Translations under genes and position numbers: made by a program | Notes under the pieces: generated by a model | Told to the model about the DNA's origin: nothing | Seen by the model: only the letters and a program-made list of their open reading frames with translations | The model's database searches: none | Source: Bdellovibrionales bacterium | GTDB lineage: Bacteria; Bdellovibrionota; Bdellovibrionia; Bdellovibrionales; UBA1609 | Direction of reading: 5' to 3' | NCBI GenBank assembly: GCA_965203095.1 | Contig: OZ241877.1 | Location: 832,001-896,000 of the forward strand | DNA: 64,000 nucleotides | Shown here: positions 30,060 through 40,800 of the stretch, one piece after another | Position numbering within the stretch: position 1 is the stretch's first letter | How the letters are laid out: every line of letters starts with the position of its first letter

Positions 30060-30716
30060 ATGATAAAAGCAATCACTATTGATGGCCCCGCCAGTTCTGG
30101 AAAAAGCTCTCTTTCCCGCTTGCTTTCTAAAAAATTAAATTGGCCTTGGTGGTCTACGGGAGTTCTTTATAGAGGTTTGGCTTATGTGGGCTTTAAAGAA
30201 AATCTCAGCCCACAGGGCTATTTGCACTTTTTTCAATCCAAAAATTGGCATATTCATCTGACCGATTCAAAAAGTCTCTTTTTTTATAAAGGGAGAGATA
30301 TTAGCTCAAAGTTAGACAAAGGGGAAATGGATGAGCGAGCCAGCCTTTTCAGCTCCAACCCCTTGTTTAGGAAGGCTCTTATCCCTGTTCAAAAGCAGTT
30401 TTTCCAGCCCTATTTAAAAAAAGGTATTATTATGGAAGGTAGGGACTGTGGCACTGTCCTCTGCCCCTCAGCCCCATTAAAAGTTTTTTTATCCGCCAGC
30501 TCCATTGAACGAGCCAAAAGAAGAGCTAAGGACAGAAACCAAGATCAGTCCACCGTATTCCAAGCTCAAAAAATAAGAGATAAAAGAGACCAAAATCGCC
30601 CCTTTGCCCCCCTTATCCCTCCAAAAAATGCCTTGTGTTTGGATTCCAGCAAAAAAAGTGCTATGGAGTTGAGCTTTTTAGTTTACAAAAAGGCTCAAAG
30701 TCTTTTTTCTCTATAA
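30060..30716 (+). CDS. cmk: Cytidylate kinase
   Basis: ITIDGPASSGKS, TGVLYR, MEGRDCGT; upstream of rpsA. Confidence 0.93.
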   Translation: MIKAITIDGPASSGKSSLSRLLSKKLNWPWWSTGVLYRGLAYVGFKENLSPQGYLHFFQSKNWHIHLTDSKSLFFYKGRDISSKLDKGEMDERASLFSSNPLFRKALIPVQKQFFQPYLKKGIIMEGRDCGTVLCPSAPLKVFLSASSIERAKRRAKDRNQDQSTVFQAQKIRDKRDQNRPFAPLIPPKNALCLDSSKKSAMELSFLVYKKAQSLFSL

Positions 30717-30817
30717 AAGCTTGATTTTCATACTTTTCCCATGTAAAATCGTCAAAATATGCTTGCACCAATTTAAAATCCGGGTTAAAAGCCTCAAAAA
30801 ATTAAGGAAAGTAATTT

Positions 30818-32650
30818 ATGTCTTTACCTATTACAGAAAAAAAACCTTTGTCTCAAAAAGACAAATCAAAAATTTTGTCACAGTTGGACGCTTTTGACAA
30901 AAATTTCCCGGCCAATCCAGGCCGTTTTTCCGCAGTTGAAGAATTTAATGAGCAATCCAAAACCATTTTTGATACCGCCTTACAAAATAAAGCCTTCAAA
31001 ACCGGACAAGTGGTTGAAGGACAGATCCTCCAGATCACAGAGGATCATGTGATTGTGGATATTCAATACAAAAGTGAAGGTATTATCTCCCGTTCAGAGT
31101 TTCGCCAAGAGGATCAATTGGAAATAGGCAAAAAAGTAGATGTCTATATAGAGCAAATTGAGGATAGAAACGGCATGGTGGTTTTATCTAAGGACAAGGC
31201 CAATGTTAAAAAAATTTGGCAGGACATTATCCGTGCGAAAGAAAATGATGAGACTATTCAAGGCAAAGTGATCTCAGTGGTTAAAGGCGGGGTGAGTGTG
31301 GATATTGGTATTAAAGCCTTCTTGCCGGGCAGTCAGGCCGATATTCGTCATGTCCGAAAGCTGGATTCCTTTATTGGGCAAACTCTCGATTTTAAAATTA
31401 TTAAAATGAATTACAAAAGAGGGAATATTGTTTTATCCCGAAGGATGATCCTTGAAAAAGAGAGGGAAAAGCTCAGCTCTTCAACAGACATTAAAGAAGG
31501 AGCTGTTGTAAAAGGCATTGTCAAAAACATTACAGATTATGGGGCTTTTGTTGACTTAGGGGACCGAGATGGTCTTCTTCACATTACAGATATGAGTTGG
31601 TCTCGCATTGAGCGACCCGGCCAGTTGGTGCAAGTGGGGCAAGAATTGGAATTGAAAATTCTAAAAATCGATAAAGATAAAAATCGCATCTCCCTTGGGC
31701 TAAAGCAACTCAATGAGAAAAAGTGGGAATCCACAATCGCTAAATATAAAATAGGTTCTGTAGTGAAAGGTAAAGTGTCTTCTATTGTGGATTATGGGGC
31801 TTTTGTCCTTTTAGAAGATGGCTTAGAGGGCTTGGTTCATGTTAATGAACTGTCTTGGTCGCGAAAATTAAAACACCCTTCACATATTATCCAAACAGGT
31901 GAAGATGTAGAAGTTAAAATCATTGACATAAAAAAAGACAGCCGGAAACTGAGTTTAAGCTTGAAACGCACTCAAGAAAACCCTTGGGAAAATCTAAAAA
32001 ATCAATTTTCTGTTGGAGATGTGGGAGAGTTTGAAGTGGTCTCTATAAGTGATTTTGGTTTTTTTGTTAAAGTCAATGATATGATTGATGGCTTAGTGAG
32101 GGTGTCTGATATTTCCTGGACAGAAAACATTAATCATTTTGAAACATATAAAACCGGGGATAAAGTCAAAGCCAAAATTTTAGATATTGATCCGGAAGGA
32201 GAGAGATTCAGCCTGGGTATTAAGCAGTTGTCGGTCAACCCATGGTCCCTTGTGGAAGAAAAATACACTATCGGTTCTCGTCATGAAGTGGAAATCACCC
32301 GTGTTGTGGATTTTGGAGCTTTTGTTCATATTCAGGATGACATTGAAGGCTTAATACATGTCAGTGAGTTAAGCAAAAAAAGAGTAGACAAACCTCAAGA
32401 TGTGGTTCGTGTAGGGGATAAAGTGACGGCAGAAATTTTAAGTATTGACAAAAACGCCAAAAAAATCAACCTCAGCATTCGCCTTGTGGAATCCTCCTCA
32501 CCGGAAGAGACAGCCAAACCACTAAAAGACAGCCCTTCAAAATCCTCTTCGCACTTTATGGAAAACTTTTTTGCTAAGGCTCTAAAAAAATCTGTCCGAA
32601 TAAAAAATTCACAGGAAGAGAAAAAAGACGAAAAACAAAATGACAGCTAA
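30818..32650 (+). CDS. rpsA: 30S ribosomal protein S1
   Basis: Six S1 repeats (AFLPGSQ, DYGAFVDLG, DGLLHITDMSW). Confidence 0.97.
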   Translation: MSLPITEKKPLSQKDKSKILSQLDAFDKNFPANPGRFSAVEEFNEQSKTIFDTALQNKAFKTGQVVEGQILQITEDHVIVDIQYKSEGIISRSEFRQEDQLEIGKKVDVYIEQIEDRNGMVVLSKDKANVKKIWQDIIRAKENDETIQGKVISVVKGGVSVDIGIKAFLPGSQADIRHVRKLDSFIGQTLDFKIIKMNYKRGNIVLSRRMILEKEREKLSSSTDIKEGAVVKGIVKNITDYGAFVDLGDRDGLLHITDMSWSRIERPGQLVQVGQELELKILKIDKDKNRISLGLKQLNEKKWESTIAKYKIGSVVKGKVSSIVDYGAFVLLEDGLEGLVHVNELSWSRKLKHPSHIIQTGEDVEVKIIDIKKDSRKLSLSLKRTQENPWENLKNQFSVGDVGEFEVVSISDFGFFVKVNDMIDGLVRVSDISWTENINHFETYKTGDKVKAKILDIDPEGERFSLGIKQLSVNPWSLVEEKYTIGSRHEVEITRVVDFGAFVHIQDDIEGLIHVSELSKKRVDKPQDVVRVGDKVTAEILSIDKNAKKINLSIRLVESSSPEETAKPLKDSPSKSSSHFMENFFAKALKKSVRIKNSQEEKKDEKQNDS

Positions 32651-33539
32651 AAAATCTTTATTTTTATTGTGCTTCTTCTGCCTCATAGCTTGTGACTCCT
32701 TTCATCAACAGGAAAAAACTGTGAAGGAAAGCTCCATTCTTTTATTAAAAGTCAATGGCATTATTACCAATGAGCTGGCTGAGGATTTTATGGAGTATGT
32801 AAGGAAGTATGCCGGGAAAGATAAAATTAAAGGTGTTTTGGTGCGAGTCAATAGTCCGGGTGGGGTTGTTGGTGCCAGTCAGGAGATCAACTCCACCATT
32901 CGTGAAGTGAGGGAGTTTTATAAAAAGCCTGTTTTTATTAGTGGAGGAGATGTGGTGGCCAGTGGGGCTGTGTATTCCATTGTATCGGCAGACAAAATTT
33001 TTGCCAGCCGAGGAACTCTGTTTGGATCGATTGGAGTTTTAATGACTTTTCACGATTATAGCGAGCTTATTCAATGGGCTAAAATGGATATTTATCAACT
33101 TAAAGCCGGTGAATTTAAAGACAGCGGAAGTCCTTTTCGAAAAATGACTTTAAGAGAAAGAGAGCTGTTTGAAGATCTAATGGAAACTGCCATTGATCAG
33201 TTTAAACAAGCTATTGTCAGCGGAAGGAAGTTAGAGCTTAAAGCGGTAGAAAGTTTTGCTGATGGACGCATTTTTTCTGGGGCGACCGCCCTTGATCTGG
33301 GGCTTGTAGACAGTTTAGGAACTTTCAATCAGGCGGTCCGGGCTATTGGGGAAAAAACAGGTTTAGGCTCAGACCCTCATTTATTTGATCCTGGGGCCAA
33401 AACCGCTTATGAAAGATTTTTTGAAGGTGTTTCCTCAAAAACTCCTCTTCTTAGCCAGTTGTTCTCTTTTTTTAAACTATCTAAACAACTGACAAATCGT
33501 CCACTTTATATTTTACCATCTTATATTTCTCCTCAATAA
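32640..33539 (+). CDS. sppA: Signal peptide peptidase (S49)
   Basis: NSPGG, ASGAVY, GSIGV, KAGEFKD, ADGRIFSG. Confidence 0.92.
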   Translation: MTAKKSLFLLCFFCLIACDSFHQQEKTVKESSILLLKVNGIITNELAEDFMEYVRKYAGKDKIKGVLVRVNSPGGVVGASQEINSTIREVREFYKKPVFISGGDVVASGAVYSIVSADKIFASRGTLFGSIGVLMTFHDYSELIQWAKMDIYQLKAGEFKDSGSPFRKMTLRERELFEDLMETAIDQFKQAIVSGRKLELKAVESFADGRIFSGATALDLGLVDSLGTFNQAVRAIGEKTGLGSDPHLFDPGAKTAYERFFEGVSSKTPLLSQLFSFFKLSKQLTNRPLYILPSYISPQ

Positions 33540-34279
33540 TGAGATATGTTTCTCCATTTTATAATTTTAACATTAGCTCTTTTGTCAAAATCATTATTTT
33601 AGTCAATGTTTTTATTTGGTTTTTTTTAGTTTTTGTTTTGCAAGGGCTTTTTTTAGATAAAAACTATGTTTTTGGTTTTTTAGGATTAACGCCGGAAAAA
33701 GCAATCTCTCACTTTTGGTTATGGCAAATCTTCACCTATTTTTTTATTCATGCGGAAGGCTTTTTTCACATTGCCTTTAATATGTTTGTGCTTTGGATGT
33801 TTGGTGTTGAGCTGGAGAGATTTTGGGGCTCTCGGTTTTTTCTTCTTTATTATATGTTTTGTGGTATTGGGGCTGGGGTAATTTACTTGGTTAGCTCATG
33901 GATTGCTGTTTTCCTTTTTAATGCCTCCCCATTAGTTTTGACTGTTCCTATGGTGGGTGCTTCTGGGGCTATTTTTGGGATTTTATTTGCTTATGGTCTC
34001 ATTTTTAGTGAAAGGACTGTTTATTTTATGATGGTTTTTCCCATCAAAGCTCGTTATTTTACTTTACTGATTGCAATGGCGGAATTTGTGAGTTTGGTTA
34101 ATAGCGGGATGGGCAGTTCTGTTAGCCATTTGGCTCATTTATCTGGCTTCCTTTCCGGAATGATTTTTTTACAAGCTCGCCGGTTAAAGCACAAATTCCA
34201 TTTTTTAGAATGGGCAAAGGTTTGGAAGTCCCCTCGCTTAAAAGTTTTAAAAAATAAATCCCCTTGGAGGGAGCATTAA
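33539..34279 (+). CDS. Rhomboid-family intramembrane serine protease
   Basis: HIAFNM, VGASGA, HLAHLSG. Confidence 0.93.
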   Translation: MRYVSPFYNFNISSFVKIIILVNVFIWFFLVFVLQGLFLDKNYVFGFLGLTPEKAISHFWLWQIFTYFFIHAEGFFHIAFNMFVLWMFGVELERFWGSRFFLLYYMFCGIGAGVIYLVSSWIAVFLFNASPLVLTVPMVGASGAIFGILFAYGLIFSERTVYFMMVFPIKARYFTLLIAMAEFVSLVNSGMGSSVSHLAHLSGFLSGMIFLQARRLKHKFHFLEWAKVWKSPRLKVLKNKSPWREH

Positions 34280-34343
34280 AATAAATAAAGTTTGTGGATT
34301 TTTTTCTTGGTTTTTATAAAATAACATAAAAGGAGGTTTTTTT

Positions 34344-34529
34344 ATGTCCGATCTGTCAAAAGCACTTAAGGCCCTTAAGTATGATAAACGAATGCTCAGT
34401 TGGAACTTACGGCAAAAAATTATAAGTCAAAAAGAGTATCAGAAGCATTTGTCTCAGCTAAAGGATATGTCTCATTTGGCTGCCTCCGATTCTTCTAAAG
34501 AAAGCAAAGAGGATCAAAATAACTCCTGA
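34344..34529 (+). CDS. Small hypothetical protein
   Basis: Strong SD AAGGAGG; 61-aa ORF filling the intergenic space. Confidence 0.65.
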   Translation: MSDLSKALKALKYDKRMLSWNLRQKIISQKEYQKHLSQLKDMSHLAASDSSKESKEDQNNS

Positions 34530-34542
34530 TGCTTTTTGGCTG

Positions 34543-35292
34543 TTGCTGATTTTTTTAGGTGGGGTTTCCGGCTTTTGTTCCTCTTGGTTAGGGGTGGGTG
34601 GCAGTGTTTTTATCGTCCCGCTCCTTCCTTTTCTATCGGGGTTGGATCCTCTGTCCTCTTTACAAGTTTCCCTTTCTCTAATTTTTGTCATTTCCCTTTT
34701 AAACAGCCTGTCTTTTATTATTCAAAAATTGGTTTTATGGGAGTTTTTTTTTCAAGGTCTGCTCAGTGCATTGGTTTTTGCCTTTCTGTCTGGTTTTTTT
34801 GTGACTCAGCTCAGCCCTTTTCAAATTCGTTTTATGTTGTGGCTTTTTTTGCTTTTGATATTGGCTTTGCCTTGGTTTTTAAAAAAAATTCCTTTTTTGC
34901 ATCAGCACGGTTTTTATGTTTTTAGCTCACTTATGGGTTTATGTGCTGGAGGAACAGGGCTTGGTGGAGGGCTTATCCTCAGCCCTTATTTGCATGAATC
35001 TCAAAAAATGCCTGTTAAAAACATTCCGGCGGTGGTGTCTTGCATTATGTTTTTTGTGTCCTCTTTTTCCCTTTTAGGTCAAATCTTTCGAGGGGGATTT
35101 TCTTTTGAAGTTTCTACTCATTGGAAGTTTTGTTTTTTTATTTTGTTGATCCCCTCCTCTTTGGCTTTGTGCTTGGGCTATGTGGCCAATATTCGGCAAA
35201 AAAACATTATATTGAGGAGACTGTTTTTAAGGGCCATAGTAGGGCTTATGTTTCTCAAACTCACAACGGAACTTATGGGCTTTCCTTTCTGA
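34543..35292 (+). CDS. TauE/SafE (TSUP) family membrane protein
   Basis: Duplicated GVGGS/GLGGG motifs, about eight TM helices. Confidence 0.85.
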   Translation: MLIFLGGVSGFCSSWLGVGGSVFIVPLLPFLSGLDPLSSLQVSLSLIFVISLLNSLSFIIQKLVLWEFFFQGLLSALVFAFLSGFFVTQLSPFQIRFMLWLFLLLILALPWFLKKIPFLHQHGFYVFSSLMGLCAGGTGLGGGLILSPYLHESQKMPVKNIPAVVSCIMFFVSSFSLLGQIFRGGFSFEVSTHWKFCFFILLIPSSLALCLGYVANIRQKNIILRRLFLRAIVGLMFLKLTTELMGFPF

Positions 35293-35346
35293 ACCTTGCT
35301 CAAGAGGATTAAATGATCACTGGCTAAAAAGTGTATTCTTTATCTT

Positions 35347-35482
35347 TTTTGCCCCTGAAAAACCTCGGCCTTTTATCGCATAAGCAAAAGCCAGCGGTGA
35401 GGGTCCAAGGTATTGCCGTCCCGAACAAGCTGGACTTTTGCTTATGCGATCTATCAAATGTAGACTTTTTCATGGGTGATTA
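35347..35482 (+). mobile_element. MITE-like element carrying family-1 hairpin copy D (35375-35450)
   Basis: Imperfect terminal inverted repeats (GCCCCTGAAAAA / TTTTTCATGGGTGATTA); hairpin identical to 55381-55456. Confidence 0.75.
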
Positions 35483-36685
35483 GATAGAGAGTTCTACAGG
35501 AGCATTTTCAAGACTCCTTTGAGTGAAAAGGAGCCTTCCATCACAGGCAAAACCCAAACCGCTCCAATCCACTTTATTTAGTTTTTCGGCGGCTTTTTCA
35601 ACATCTGTCCTGGGATCTTTTGGAAAAAGAGCCATAACAGATCCATCATATTCCAAAGATTTATGTGTAAAAAAGGGTTTGGGATTGCGGGTTTTGCAAT
35701 TGACATAAACACGAGGGCCTTTTCTATCGCAATATTTCCTCCCCCACTCCCACCAGTTATTTTCATTAAAAGATCTGATTCTACGGCTCAAAAGTTCTGT
35801 TTTATGAGGCAGTAGACTTTTGTCTTTTTGATTATAGATCATTCTCCGTGTTTTTTTTGTGCTGGCAGTAAAAGAGCACACCATATTTGCATTCCCTCGG
35901 TTTTCATTTGCAAATATATGGTCAGCCCCGCTTACAGCTCCCACTTTCACTTCAAATTGATCGGATAAATTCCCACTTTTTTTGGATCCAAACCAAAGTT
36001 GACCTTGGTGGTGATGGAACCAGCCCCACCCGCCGGAAAGCTTATGATTCTTTCTTCCTTTCTCCCATCGCCAGATAGCACAGTTGGGGCTATAACCGGA
36101 AAACACCGGCAAATCGCCCAATTCGCGATAATAGCTAATAGAGCCTTTTTTATAAAGATCACTATTTAATATTTTAGCACTGGTGGCTTTTAAAAAGTCG
36201 CGAGGAGTAATAAAGATCAGCTCCCCAGCCTTGTTTAAATGCTGAATGCACTTTGCGATAAAAAAAAGATAAAGGTTAGTTCTTCTATCAAAGCCTTCCA
36301 TGGGCAATATTTTTTTGGTTTCAGGCAATATGTCCTGAAAACGAACATAAGGGGGATTGCCAATAATGGTATTAAATTTATTGGCAATGGGGTAGGAAAA
36401 AAAATCACAAAAAACAATCTTGTTTTTAAGCTTTTTGGCTATTGAGGAATGATTCAACAAAGTTTTATCTAACTCAATACCTAAAATCTTGTTTTTTTGA
36501 ACAAAGGTTTTATTATTCAAATAATTTAAAAAAGCACCATTCCCACAAGCCGGCTCCAACAAAGCCCCTTGATTTTGACGCAATAAAAGCATTTCCCGCA
36601 CAATATTATTGGGAGTAAACACCTGTCCTAAGTGTTTTATGCTTTTGGATTTTTTAGCATAAGCCTCAGTTTTATGGTTTGGCAT
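35480..36685 (-). CDS. Orphan N6-adenine DNA methyltransferase (gamma class, M.HincII/HindII-like); ORF track start 36814
   Basis: GQVFTP, LEPACGNGAF, NPPY, NLYLFF, GELIFITP; no adjacent endonuclease. Confidence 0.88.
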   Translation of the reverse strand: MPNHKTEAYAKKSKSIKHLGQVFTPNNIVREMLLLRQNQGALLEPACGNGAFLNYLNNKTFVQKNKILGIELDKTLLNHSSIAKKLKNKIVFCDFFSYPIANKFNTIIGNPPYVRFQDILPETKKILPMEGFDRRTNLYLFFIAKCIQHLNKAGELIFITPRDFLKATSAKILNSDLYKKGSISYYRELGDLPVFSGYSPNCAIWRWEKGRKNHKLSGGWGWFHHHQGQLWFGSKKSGNLSDQFEVKVGAVSGADHIFANENRGNANMVCSFTASTKKTRRMIYNQKDKSLLPHKTELLSRRIRSFNENNWWEWGRKYCDRKGPRVYVNCKTRNPKPFFTHKSLEYDGSVMALFPKDPRTDVEKAAEKLNKVDWSGLGFACDGRLLFTQRSLENAPVELSI

Positions 36686-36846
36686 TAGCTTGTGGTTTTT
36701 TTTACCTTTGAGGTCACTTGCTGTCATAAGATATTTTTGCTTTGAGCTGTTTCTTAGCCATTTTTTTATAGCTTTATTTAAAAATAATAGCAAATACTCT
36801 TTCCTGCAAGTCAAACAAGCCCATAGTCAAGAGGAAGTAATGATGT

Positions 36847-36918
36847 GGATTTATCCCTCCGGAAAGCCTACACCCAAAAAACTTCGGCGGGAATGACTGG
36901 CTTTTTCACAAGCGACTA
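36847..36918. repeat. Degenerate family-2 palindrome followed by the shared terminal motif
   Basis: GCGGGAATGAC (36887-36897) then TTTTTCACAAGCGACTA. Confidence 0.6.
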
Positions 36919-36931
36919 TTCAACGGGAGGG

Positions 36932-37699
36932 CTAATAATGGCATTGGTTTTCTTCATTATAATTCCAGCCAGAGATACCAGGGCCACTATGAATTGTATA
37001 TTTCTGAATTAAATAAGATTTGCTGTAGACTACCCCAGAACTCAACACAATCTCTTTATCCCCCTCAAGCCGGACAATGCGAATTTCATGCCCCTCCGGA
37101 TGATAAGGGAGATAGGCGTCCACATGGCGATAGTCTAAAATCCCGTCTTCAGGTTTTATTTGCCAAGATTCTGGAGTCCAAGTTCCTAAAGCATCTGCAA
37201 GCTCTATATAAACCTCAGAGTAGTCCCCCTCATCATCATAAAGCCATGGATCTTCAGCATATTCCCTCTTCATATAAGCCTCAGAGTATCTCCCCTCCTC
37301 ATCATAATCCTCTGGAGAATCCAACCTTAAAAAATCTTCTGCGAGTAAAACACCATTTTTATCATAAAGCCTAATCCTTAAATCCTCCCTATAAATAGGT
37401 TTTTTATCCTTTTCCTTACTATAACAATAAGATCTACCGGAAAAATTAAACTTCTCATCTCCATAGTCTAAAGAATGAGGATATTTTTTAGCAAAATCCT
37501 CACCTTCTTTTAGAAATCCCATTTTAATCTTTTCCTGTTTCAATTCTTCTAATCTTCTCGGATCTGCAGGCCAGTAAGAACCATAAGTAATGATCTCCTC
37601 TAATTCCTTCTTAGGGAAATCGGGCTGTTTTTTCCTCAAACAACTGCATGAAAAAATTAAAATCGAAAACAAAACAGAATAAAGAAAACTCTTTGGCAT
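36932..37699 (-). CDS. Lipoprotein partner of protease cassette 2 (unknown function)
   Basis: SD AGGAGGAG, lipobox-like IFSC; LRIRLYD..EDFLR and YLPYHPE..RIVRL shared with the 17776 and 18411 proteins. Confidence 0.8.
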   Translation of the reverse strand: MPKSFLYSVLFSILIFSCSCLRKKQPDFPKKELEEIITYGSYWPADPRRLEELKQEKIKMGFLKEGEDFAKKYPHSLDYGDEKFNFSGRSYCYSKEKDKKPIYREDLRIRLYDKNGVLLAEDFLRLDSPEDYDEEGRYSEAYMKREYAEDPWLYDDEGDYSEVYIELADALGTWTPESWQIKPEDGILDYRHVDAYLPYHPEGHEIRIVRLEGDKEIVLSSGVVYSKSYLIQKYTIHSGPGISGWNYNEENQCHY

Positions 37700-37730
37700 T
37701 ACTCCTCCTTTTTTATCTTTTCGCCACTCC

Positions 37731-37843
37731 GTCATTCCCGTGAAAACGGGAATCCATAAAAACTTGCTTTACAGGAAAACCACCGTTTTCACAAAAACTG
37801 GCTCTTCTGGATTCCCGCTCAAGGCGGGAATCACGGACGACTA
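37731..37843. repeat. Inverted pair of family-2 palindromes between protease and partner
   Basis: GTCATTCCCGTGAAAACGGGAATCC (37731-37755) and GGATTCCCGCTCAAGGCGGGAATCAC (37809-37834), ending in GGACGACTA. Confidence 0.88.
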
Positions 37844-37855
37844 ATTATTGTAGCC

Positions 37856-40800
37856 CTATTCTTGTTTTTTGTCCATACTCTTTGGTTTTATTTCCGGTTT
37901 TTTACTTTTTTTCTGCTTTTTCTTTTTCTTCTTAGGGATTGTAGTAGTCAAAATAAGTTTTTTTTGAGGGTTTAAAACCACAAGCCTTAACTTATCCCTC
38001 TCTATTCCCTCCGGTAAATCAAAAACAGCTCTCAAAGGGGAAAAATCAAAAGCTCGCTTTTCTGACCGACCATTCCTATAAAAAATCTCCATCTCCATTT
38101 TTAAAATCGGCCTTTTGATCTCCTTTAAAAGGCTTTGCTCCCTCCATAACTGGAAAAACAATGTGGGAAGTTTAGTATTCTGGGTCCTGGGATAAAAAGA
38201 GGGGGTTTTAAGAGCTGTTCTCCTAACCCTAATTTTAGGCACAACAAAAGAATTTTCATTAGGGTTATAAAAACCAGATATGATAATGGCCTTTCTTTTC
38301 TGATCTTCTCTGTGAAAAGAGTCGGTTTGGCTAAACAAATTTATTCTGGGATCTATCACTGTTCCGTATTTATGCGATGTCCAAAAGATCTTTTGATGAG
38401 TGTCACGGTCTATCCATTGATCTTTAATTTCGCCTTGATTATTCATAATGCTCCAGCGGTTTTTGACAAACTCCCAAAACTGCCTGCCATTTTTCTGCCA
38501 AGCCCTTAAACCCTGAGGGATTTTGTATTTAAAACAAGCCTTAAGAGACCTCCCCTTAAACTCGCGACAATACTCTATTGGCCCTGTTTCTTTCTTGTAA
38601 AACTCTCTTCCTTGGCCTAAGGTATGAGCCAGCTCATGGGCTACTGTTCCCTGATTCAGCTGATCTTCTCTTACAAAAGCCACATTCCAACTCCCACCAA
38701 AAAAATCTCGTATCCAGTTGAATGTAATATAATCCCCCGTATTCAAAATCTCCCAAGCTGGGCGAATCACCAATCCTGCCACTGGATCGCCTTCTCTATC
38801 CACCTTCTTATTAAAAATAAAAAAATCCTTAGAAACAATGGCAATAATCTTTCCATAACCAAGAGCTGAGCGAATATTCTCCACATTCCCAACAGCCCAC
38901 AACAAAGTCTTAGTTATATCCCCTCTATACTGGGCTGGCCCCGCATTGCAAGAACCATAGATATAATCATAACTTTTCTCTCCTGATTTATACCTCAAAA
39001 CAGAAGATTGGATTCCTGAAATAGGAAACATGGAAAGGATATAACTTATCTCATCCGAACGAGCAAAATCCCTTAATTTCTGAAGAGAAACTATGTCATA
39101 ACCTGTCTTTTTATCAGGGCTTGCATAGCAGTTTTTTCCACCATATATCCGGGTAAAAGCCAATTTTAAACTATGGGTTTTAATAATTTTTATTTGAAAA
39201 CTCTGTTGCCTGTGGCAAGATTCATTGTTTGTATTTATGCCATCAACAGGAAAAAGAGTAAGTTGGATATGATGATTAAAATTGGCTCTTTTTAACCAAG
39301 CCTCCTGCATAGGGAGAGGGAAAAACTTATAAGATCCTTCGGCTTTTAGATCATCTCTTGTAAAAGAGCAAATATCCTCCTCCCCCTCTTTCATTACCCC
39401 TTTCTGGGGTTCATGAAAACATGTTTTGTAATATTCCTTCTTGTTGCCAGAAATCAATAAATCAATGGCAAATTCTTTTTGCCTGTTCATCCCACCCCTC
39501 CTCAACTCCAGTAAAACACCAGCAGGTTTCCCCATTGCTAAATCATAATTGTTGTAAGGTTTTTTTGCTTGGCTTTTCATTGGTTCTATTTGAGGAGCTT
39601 TTACACTTTGATAAAGGATAGCCGATCGGAGTTTTGGCATAGAGACAGGGCATTTTTTTGAGTTGGTATCCGCTTGAGCCAGCAAAATGGGCTTTTCTTG
39701 CTCTAACTCACTTGTGCGACTTCCCCTTAAATTTTCAGAAGAATAAGCCTCAATCTCACCAGAGCTTTTATGGGATATTTTAGAAAAGCTGACTTGACCT
39801 GCTACCTTCCTATTTCTATTTCTATTCCTCCTCCGGTATTGGGAACTTTGACGACTCCTCATTCTCATAGAAGATCTCTTTTTCTTATTAGAAACTCTTA
39901 ACTTTTGAGAAAGTTTTTTCCTTGCTTGAGAAAGCTTTTTTTTGGAACTCTTTTTTGATTTTTTTGATTTTAAACTTTGGTTGGACTGGCTGGCCTTTTT
40001 CCCTTTCCCCTCAAGCTTTTGAGAAACCAAGGCTTTGCTCTTTTTTTGAGCTGGTTTAGAGTTTTTTGACTTAGAGGCAGAATGAGACTTTGAAGTAGAG
40101 GCTTTTTGAGCTGTTTTAGAGTTTTTTGCTTGATCTGCCTCTTTTTTTTGCCTTTCAGCCAGTATTTTCTCTAACCGGGCCTGCTCCTCAGCCTCCTTTG
40201 CCCTCAATTTTTCCTCTTTTTGCTTTCTCAGCCTCTCTTCTTCCTCCTCCTTCGCTCTTCTTTCCTCATCCATTTTTTGACTTTGAGCTTGACGGCACAT
40301 ACTCAAAGCAAAATTGTTGAGGTAATGAGCCGTCTTTAAACTCCTAATCCCCTCACAACGAACAATATCCTTTGCCTTAAGATCTTCTCTCAAAAGGGAT
40401 TTCTTATCTAAACTCTGTTTTTTGTATTTTTCCGCTAAACGGATCATGGCCTCATTACAAAACTTTTGATCAGTTGTTTGATTAGGGGCTGGGTTTTTTG
40501 CCTTCTCTAAAACTTCATCAATAGAGTATTTATTGGGAATGGCAAAACAACTCCTAAAATAATTTTTAAAAGCCTCTAATCTGTTCTCACAATCCATCTC
40601 GCAATTTTCCACCCCAAGATTGCAAACATTAGATTGAATATTGGATAAAGAGCTTATGAGGCCAGAAAGTTGGTTTAACTGGCAAGAAAGAATATCCCCG
40701 CCCGATTCCTCCACACGGCTTAAGCTTTCAGTTTTTAACTGTTGGGCCAAATCCGAACCATAATGTTCCTCACAATCAGAAGGATCTCTGCAACAAAATT

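Noticed and set aside
35375..35450. Family-1 hairpin as a hammerhead ribozyme or c-di-GMP-I riboswitch
   Set aside because: Only superficial TGA...GAA and GCAAAAGCC similarity; no CUGANGA core, three-way junction or GNRA/receptor architecture
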